A stretch of 64,000 nt of DNA from an uncultured archaeon (GTDB lineage Archaea > Thermoplasmatota > Penumbrarchaeia > JASLWR01): NCBI GenBank assembly GCA_964430885.1, contig CAYSHM010000004.1, positions 32,001 through 96,000 on the forward strand, written 5' to 3'. The notes under the pieces are model-generated. The model was not told the origin of the DNA. It saw only the letters and a program-made list of their open reading frames with translations, and ran no database searches. A program made the position numbers and the translations under genes. This document shows, in pieces, positions 57,601 to 64,000 of the stretch (the stretch's first letter is position 1; the number at the start of each line of letters is the position of its first letter).

Positions 57601-60537
57601 TTATTCGACCATTACCTCTTCGCCGCAGTTCTTGCAGGTTATATTGAAGGGTCTTTTATCTCCAGTATCGGGAATTATGCTTTGACATATGTGGCAGTAA
57701 ATTATCTCCTCTTCCTGGGGGTCTTTAGGCTTGATAATATCGTCCGCGGCCCCAACTATCTTGGGTTTAGGCACTTTCGGTGTTATCCGAGGATCCTTGC
57801 CTGATTCAGTATAGTGCCCGTCCCCCTCCATCAGGTCGGAATAATTCAGATTTCCTTCAATGTCATCAGCAAATAGCTGACTGAAATCAGGGGGTTCTAT
57901 CTCGGCCCCTAGCTGCCCATAGCTTCCCACGGAGCTACCCATTTGAGGTGGGGGGGGCATTACGTTCTGGGAAGGGCCTACGGGCATACCTTGGCCCGGC
58001 GGCGGCGGAATCTGCCCAGGAAAATTAGAAGGTGGGAATGGGGGCATTTCTCCCGGCGGTCTCGGAACTCTGCTGTCCACCATGAACGGATTAATTTCAT
58101 TATGTCCCATCATGTCCTGCTCCCCCGGCGGTCCAGGCGGCAGAGCCAGTCTTGGTGGCGGATAATCATAACCATCTGAAGGTGTATGAGCAGAATATGT
58201 CTGATAAGGGGAGATTCCCGGCGGAAGCAGTGGCTGACTGCCGGTGTAATTGGTCCCAGACATGTTAGCCGGAGGTAGTGCCAATGGAGGATTGCCGTAT
58301 CCAGCATATTGAGGCATTCCAGTTCCGATCATGTTCTGGAGGTAGTTTAATTGATGCTGAAGGCGCTGGACCTGAGTTTGCTCCTGAGCATATTGCCCGA
58401 GGCCAGCATCGATCCCCATAAGATCATCTTCGAAATCGTCTTCGTCATAGCTTGCGGTCTTGGATACCACCAGGAATATTATGCCGCCTAGAACCAGCAG
58501 TCCCAATAAACCTATAATCAGCCACAGCCACAGGGGCACTCCGTCGCTCTCACTTCCCTTCTCCTTAGGGGTTGCCGTTTCCTGTGCAATATTGCCTCCG
58601 CCGTTGGAATTACCAGTTATGGCCTTTATATCTTCGGCATCCAGGTCATCCCCGTCGACCTTGACATAGAGTTTTGCCTGTTCCTCCACTATCCAGCTGT
58701 AGGTTATTTCATCGGAATTGCCAGCGGACAGGTTTGCAATGTTCCAAAGCGATCCGACAATTTCATAGGGTTCAAAATCCTTGTTCCCACTCTTGTCATT
58801 GTATAGTATTATGTCGATATCTTCAGCTGAGGCATCACCGATGTTTGTCACTTGGACGGTGATGTCAGCTTTTTCCCCTTCGATTAGGGTGTCTTCTATG
58901 ATTATCTTGGCAGTTAATTTGGGGTATTTCTTTTCCATCATTTTTATTGTTACTTCTTTCTGGACAGTGTCCTTGCCGTCGAATACCTCTAGTACTATCT
59001 CATTGTCGCCGAGTTCGAGAGGATTGTTTTCTATGATGTAGACCTGCTCTTCTCCATCATAAAGGGTCTTGGACCCTGATCTCCATCGGTATATAAGAGT
59101 GTCAGTCAATTCATAGGGATCTGTATTATCCGGATCATATGTTCCCATGGCGCTGAGGACCAGGGGGTCCACATCATAAATGACCTGCCCATCAATGGGG
59201 TAGGCTATTGTCACAACAGGAGGGGTGTTAATGATTGTGGTTGAGATCTTACCTAATATTCCCTGGTGTATGCCGTCATGAGGAAGGACCCGTGCCTCCC
59301 ATTTCTGTCCTGCAATAAGTTCGGAACGGGGTATCTCATACTTGTCCTCGTATATTTTCATCTCCTCCCCGTTCCTGAACCAGGTGATGGAATATGATAC
59401 CTTATCCCCATCCTTGTCTTGGGACTCTTCAACTATTCCCAGGGTCAAATCGTCGTTTATTGTGGGGTCATCAGGTTTGATATCTAATTCCGGTTTTGTA
59501 GGCTGGTTGTTTACCACTTGAAGGGTCTGTTCAACATCATCCGACATCTCCCCATACTCATCGACCGCCATTATCTCGAGATAATAGTTCTTCACGCTTT
59601 TTCCATTGGAGTATGAAGTTGAATATGAAAGGGCATTATCCAAGGTATAGAAGCTCTTGGTAGTTTCGATGTCCAGTATGTCGGTTTTACCGGCTGAAGA
59701 ACCTATTGACAGGTAGTAGGTGATGGAATCACCATCTTCATCAGTTGAAGGGTACCAGGTTAACTGAGGGGATAGAGAATGCGTTGCTGTTGGAAGGATA
59801 TCCCGGGGGTTGGTAGGGGCATTGTTCTCTTCAATAGTTAGCTGGACAGATGAATCCTCGGTTATAGGTGACCATTGGTTCTTGTTATCCATGGCTCTGA
59901 AGACGATCTCATGATTTCCCGGGGACAGCTGGTCGTATGTGAAGCTCTTCTGCTCTGAAAAAATACCGTCCAGCGATGATTCCCACTGATATTTGACTAC
60001 GGAATCTCCATCACTGTCCTGCGCTTCACCCCTGAATTCGATATCCACCGAAGCTCTCTCTGTTCCGGATAGAGGTTTTACTATGTCCGTATCAGGCGGG
60101 AAATTGGTGGTGAACTTCCAATCGGAATAATCACCCCAACCATCTTCATCATGGGACTTGACAGCCCAGTAATAGGTAGTGGCCATGTCTATTGAGATCT
60201 CTAGACTGGTTCCGTCCACACTCCCATCAAATATATCTGCAGGTGCGGAATCGCTGTAAGCGGGACCCAGTGTGGATACTTTTACCCAGCTCTGATCAAT
60301 CTCCTTGTGGTCTCCCCGGTAATCTGGCTGCAGCCGCCACATAAGGGTGACGGTGTCCCCTACTATGCCCTTGGCATTATTCGAGGGATTAGGATTGGTA
60401 GGGGGGTCTGGTGGGTCTGTCGCCCGGCTGCCTGAATTCTTTTCGCTGAAAACGGAAATGCTGACGGCAAAACAAACCGCCAGGAGTGCAAGGACAACAA
60501 TGCCCGCTTTTACTTTGATAGTATCTCTTCTCTGCAT
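57601..60537 (-). CDS. Single-pass surface protein: FN3/Ig/CARDB ectodomain, Pro-rich cytoplasmic tail and C-terminal Zn ribbon
   Basis: PPDPPTNPNP, TYYWAV, DSDGD..YQWES, VTNIGDASA; TM GVPLWLWLII...; ~280-aa P/G/M/Q-rich tail; CHIC...RPFNITCKNCG. Confidence 0.88.
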   Translation of the reverse strand: MQRRDTIKVKAGIVVLALLAVCFAVSISVFSEKNSGSRATDPPDPPTNPNPSNNAKGIVGDTVTLMWRLQPDYRGDHKEIDQSWVKVSTLGPAYSDSAPADIFDGSVDGTSLEISIDMATTYYWAVKSHDEDGWGDYSDWKFTTNFPPDTDIVKPLSGTERASVDIEFRGEAQDSDGDSVVKYQWESSLDGIFSEQKSFTYDQLSPGNHEIVFRAMDNKNQWSPITEDSSVQLTIEENNAPTNPRDILPTATHSLSPQLTWYPSTDEDGDSITYYLSIGSSAGKTDILDIETTKSFYTLDNALSYSTSYSNGKSVKNYYLEIMAVDEYGEMSDDVEQTLQVVNNQPTKPELDIKPDDPTINDDLTLGIVEESQDKDGDKVSYSITWFRNGEEMKIYEDKYEIPRSELIAGQKWEARVLPHDGIHQGILGKISTTIINTPPVVTIAYPIDGQVIYDVDPLVLSAMGTYDPDNTDPYELTDTLIYRWRSGSKTLYDGEEQVYIIENNPLELGDNEIVLEVFDGKDTVQKEVTIKMMEKKYPKLTAKIIIEDTLIEGEKADITVQVTNIGDASAEDIDIILYNDKSGNKDFEPYEIVGSLWNIANLSAGNSDEITYSWIVEEQAKLYVKVDGDDLDAEDIKAITGNSNGGGNIAQETATPKEKGSESDGVPLWLWLIIGLLGLLVLGGIIFLVVSKTASYDEDDFEDDLMGIDAGLGQYAQEQTQVQRLQHQLNYLQNMIGTGMPQYAGYGNPPLALPPANMSGTNYTGSQPLLPPGISPYQTYSAHTPSDGYDYPPPRLALPPGPPGEQDMMGHNEINPFMVDSRVPRPPGEMPPFPPSNFPGQIPPPPGQGMPVGPSQNVMPPPPQMGSSVGSYGQLGAEIEPPDFSQLFADDIEGNLNYSDLMEGDGHYTESGKDPRITPKVPKPKIVGAADDIIKPKDPQEEEIIYCHICQSIIPDTGDKRPFNITCKNCGEEVMVE

Positions 60538-60893
60538 TCAAAACCCTCAATTTAGCGATCTTTAGGATTGATGGGAACTCTGTGTCCTCACTTCTATCAT
60601 TCAACATTTGTCGATATTGGATTCCACAATATCTATTCCGCATTTATAAACGTTTAAACAGGTAAACTATATTATAATTTTTTCGGCAATAAATGGGTTT
60701 ATAATGACCTCACCCAGCCCAGCCCTCCAATTGAGGTTTTACTTTCAGTTCCCCTCATTTAAACAATTTTTAGGTATTTTCTCTATTTGGAAATATGTAA
60801 ATATCCAATGTTTCATTGTTGAAAAGGATTTTGAGAAAGGTATTATTGCATATGATGCCTTCTATGCCGAACTGAATACTTAGAGTGATTTAA

Positions 60894-62033
60894 ATGAGAA
60901 TATTTCACTTAGCCGATACCCATCTTGGATATATGAACTACAAAAGGGTGGACCCGGAAACCGGAATTAATCAAAGGGAGCAGGACGTATACATTGCTTT
61001 TAGAAAAATGATAGATGTCGCCCTTGAAGAAATACCTGATCTGGTGGTTCATGCCGGCGATCTATTCAACACTGTGAGACCCACGAATAGAGCCATAACC
61101 TTTGCCTTCAATCAGCTTTCCAGGTTGGCCGAGGCAGGTATCCCTCTTGTGATAATTGCAGGGAATCATGAAACACCCCGTCTAAGAGGGACGGGTTCAA
61201 TTTTTCGAATATTCGAATACCTGCCCAATATTTATCCAGTATACGGCGATGAGCTGGAAACAGTAGATCTTCAGATAGCTGGGAAGAAAGTGGAAATTCA
61301 ATGTTTGCCTCATATCGATTCGGAGGACCTATATTCACAAGAGCTATCAAAGATGAAACCGGGAAGTGCCGATTACAGCATAGGATTGCTTCATGGAACA
61401 ATGTCCGGCCTTGAGTTCGACTATACAATGGGCCAGTTCAGTGAGATGGCCATTGGCGGAAATATTCTGGATAGGGGTTTTGACTATATCGGCTTGGGCC
61501 ACTTTCATAAACACACTTTCATCACTGAGAACTGCGCCTATTCAGGCTCACTTGAGCGTTTCTCCTTTGCGGAAGCGGGTCAGGAAAAGGGTTTCATAGA
61601 GATAGAAATGGATAATGAGGTTTTTTCAGCCAAATTCCGAAAACTGGCAGTACGCAGTATGACGGATCTGGGATTTCTTGATGTGGAACGGTTAGATATA
61701 GGACAGGCAATGGAAAGAATAAAACAGTTAATAGATACGACGAACATCCAAGATTCGCTAGTAAGATTGAGGGTATACAATGTCGGAAGAGAGGTTTATG
61801 ATAATTTGGATTTCAATCTTTTGGACAAATTAGTGTCGGATTCACTATATTTCCAGTTCGATTGGTCATTCACCGATGACAGCATTTATTCGGCGGATTA
61901 TTCTGCACATTACGGAGGCCTGATAAAGGAGTTCGGACAGTTCTTGAAAGGTTCCATCATCGAGGGTCTTGACAAGCAGCGATTGAAAGATTTGGCATTG
62001 GATTACTTTCAGAAGGAGGGCGTTGAAGAATGA
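60894..62033 (+). CDS. mre11: Mre11/SbcD family nuclease
   Basis: ADTHLG, AGDLF, AGNHE, LHG, LGHFH, YSGSLERFSF.E. Confidence 0.92.
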   Translation: MRIFHLADTHLGYMNYKRVDPETGINQREQDVYIAFRKMIDVALEEIPDLVVHAGDLFNTVRPTNRAITFAFNQLSRLAEAGIPLVIIAGNHETPRLRGTGSIFRIFEYLPNIYPVYGDELETVDLQIAGKKVEIQCLPHIDSEDLYSQELSKMKPGSADYSIGLLHGTMSGLEFDYTMGQFSEMAIGGNILDRGFDYIGLGHFHKHTFITENCAYSGSLERFSFAEAGQEKGFIEIEMDNEVFSAKFRKLAVRSMTDLGFLDVERLDIGQAMERIKQLIDTTNIQDSLVRLRVYNVGREVYDNLDFNLLDKLVSDSLYFQFDWSFTDDSIYSADYSAHYGGLIKEFGQFLKGSIIEGLDKQRLKDLALDYFQKEGVEE

Positions 62034-64000
62034 GGCTGGACAGCATAACCCTTTGTAACTACCGAAAGTTCAAAGAAACCCAGGTCTCATTCCCAAAAGG
62101 TGTGGTTGCCATAATCGGTAGGAATGGCGCAGGGAAATCCACGCTCATGGAAGCGGCAGCGTGGGTCCTATATGGAAATAAGTCCCCCATAGCTAGAGCC
62201 GGGAAGGATACCATTAGAAATGTGAACGCTCCAACCAATCAGCCTGTATCTGTAGAACTGATGATCACAATTGCTGATCAGGAGTATAGGGTTTTCAGGG
62301 AGATGAGGGGTAAGAATCTCACATCAAATGGACGTGTTAGTTCAGGGGGCGTGGTACTAGCTGAGGGTGCTGAAAAGCTTGATGAATTCATTATAAAATT
62401 GCTTGGTCTTGACTATCAGGGATTCTTTGCATCCGTGTTTGCTAGACAGAAGGAGTTGAATGCTTTTTCTGGAGAGAGTCTTTCCGACCGTCAAAAATTG
62501 ATAATACGTATGCTGGGGATTGATTCCATAGATGGAGTGATTAAGAGGATAGGTGGAGATGTTCGGGAGATGAGGGCCCGGCTGGAGGAGAAACGCAGAT
62601 TCATATATGACGAGGATGGGGGAAGTCTAGTTGAGAAGATAAGGACCAAGATATCTGAAATGGATACCGAATTTGAAAAACTGGTTTTACTAGAGAGCAG
62701 GGAGCAGGAATTGTATTCGGGACTCAAGAAAGAATTTGAATTAATAAGGACCGAGAGGATTTCTAGTAAAGGTTACAAGCAGAGATACGACTTACTTCAG
62801 AGAGACAGTTTTTTGCACAATTCCAGGTTAAATGATTTCAGGGAAAAAAGTAGCAAACTTACCTTTGAGATTGAACAATTGAAGGAATCTGAGGATGAAC
62901 TGGTCGATGTCAATAAGAAGCTGAATGATATGGCTGATGTTAGAGATCGATTGGGCAGATTGGAGAAACAGGCCGGATTGGTTGATCTCAGAAGAAACAT
63001 GGGACAAAAATTGACCGAACTGAAGGGACGCAGGTCGAAGAGCATTCAGGAATTGAAAGAACAGACGCAGATACTTGATAGAGATGCGGTCAATCAAGAG
63101 ATAAATGTGAAAAAAAGAGATTGCGAAAGGCAGGAATTGGAGATAAGGGAGCTGGAGAAACATATAGGACGACTGAGGGCCGATATCAGTAATCATAAGA
63201 GTAGAATTGATATTTACCTGGCCCGTTCGAAGGATGTGCAAAAGCTTGGACCAGAGAGCATATGTCCAACATGCGAGAGGCCACTGGGTGAAACATGCCT
63301 GCATCTCAAGGGAAAATATGATATGAAGATAAAGATTATTGAGGACAACATGGGAATAATTGAAAAAGAAGCCGATGATTCAGGGTTCAAAATTAAGGCC
63401 TTGGCAGAAAACAAGTTGAAATTTGAATCAGAAATTTCGGAACTTCAGAAACGGATCGACCGCATAAATGAAAAGGAAAAGGTCTCCATGAAAATAAGGG
63501 AGCGTCTTAGAGGTCAGAATGAACAAATAAGGGTTTCCCAGGCAGATTTGGATAATTTAGAAGTCGGTGAATATGATGAGACAGCCCATGAAGAGTTTAG
63601 AAGTAAATATCGTGAGCTGCAGGAAATAGAACAGCTTTCGAGCTCTCTTGAAAGGAATGTTTATCGTTTATCCCATCTGCGCGCCGAGGGAAGGTCCATT
63701 GACCTGAAGATTGATGATGAATTATCCATTATTGATGATCTAGAAGTAGGTCTGAATGAGTTGGATTTTGATCTGGGTCGGCATTATGAATTGGAAAAAA
63801 TGGAAAAAGAGATGACCTATGAACTGAATACACTTGAAAAGGCGCTTTCAAAAATAAAGTGGAATATGGATAGTATAGGGAAGAGCCTTTTCCAGGAGAG
63901 AGAACGCCTAATGGATATGAACAAATGGATGGAAGAGATAAACGATCTTGAAGAGAACCTCCTCCATTGCCAAAAGCTCAGAAATATAATGAAGGTTTTC
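62030..64000 (+). CDS. rad50: Rad50/SbcC SMC-like ATPase (partial, runs off the window)
   Basis: Not in the ORF track. ATGA overlap with mre11; MRLDSITLCNYRKF, Walker A GRNGAGKST, Q-loop FARQKEL, coiled coil, in-frame zinc hook CPTC at 63263. Confidence 0.93.
   Translation, partial: MRLDSITLCNYRKFKETQVSFPKGVVAIIGRNGAGKSTLMEAAAWVLYGNKSPIARAGKDTIRNVNAPTNQPVSVELMITIADQEYRVFREMRGKNLTSNGRVSSGGVVLAEGAEKLDEFIIKLLGLDYQGFFASVFARQKELNAFSGESLSDRQKLIIRMLGIDSIDGVIKRIGGDVREMRARLEEKRRFIYDEDGGSLVEKIRTKISEMDTEFEKLVLLESREQELYSGLKKEFELIRTERISSKGYKQRYDLLQRDSFLHNSRLNDFREKSSKLTFEIEQLKESEDELVDVNKKLNDMADVRDRLGRLEKQAGLVDLRRNMGQKLTELKGRRSKSIQELKEQTQILDRDAVNQEINVKKRDCERQELEIRELEKHIGRLRADISNHKSRIDIYLARSKDVQKLGPESICPTCERPLGETCLHLKGKYDMKIKIIEDNMGIIEKEADDSGFKIKALAENKLKFESEISELQKRIDRINEKEKVSMKIRERLRGQNEQIRVSQADLDNLEVGEYDETAHEEFRSKYRELQEIEQLSSSLERNVYRLSHLRAEGRSIDLKIDDELSIIDDLEVGLNELDFDLGRHYELEKMEKEMTYELNTLEKALSKIKWNMDSIGKSLFQERERLMDMNKWMEEINDLEENLLHCQKLRNIMKVF

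Noticed and set aside
62491-63414. Several minus-strand ORFs
   Set aside because: Antisense to the open rad50 frame

Overview
Gene-dense archaeal chromosomal segment with no rRNA, tRNA, CRISPR array, integrase or transposase that I could recognise. The ftsZ-secE-spt5-rpl11-rpl1-rpl10-rpl12 cluster, UPF0147, GGAGGTG(A) Shine-Dalgarno sites and a secreted C25 (gingipain-family) peptidase point to a euryarchaeal-type archaeon, most likely an uncultured Thermoplasmatota (MBG-D-like); that placement is inference. Housekeeping and metabolic genes include pgl, an XdhD/YgfN-like three-subunit molybdoenzyme, a PAPS-reductase/PUA protein, ubiX, ksgA, an aminotransferase, nfeD-SPFH, eno, mre11 and a partial rad50. 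These alternate with six very large membrane-anchored surface proteins. The most unusual locus is at 13-23.6 kb: a ~1,980-aa anchored protein built from roughly 50 copies of an 18-aa helical repeat, preceded by a coupled multi-zinc-finger and wHTH-STAND-TPR gene pair and facing a secreted cyclophilin with a PGF-CTERM-like anchor. Also notable are a 2,352-aa transglutaminase-like protein on a ~42-repeat Asp-rich stalk, short motifs shared between cytoplasmic tails (WEDE, LALP[PQ], terminal poly-Pro), a candidate L1 autoregulatory RNA with a possible ATC start for rpl1, an insertion in Spt5 and an unannotated 53-aa zinc-finger microprotein. All assignments come from motif reading by eye; no searches were run.
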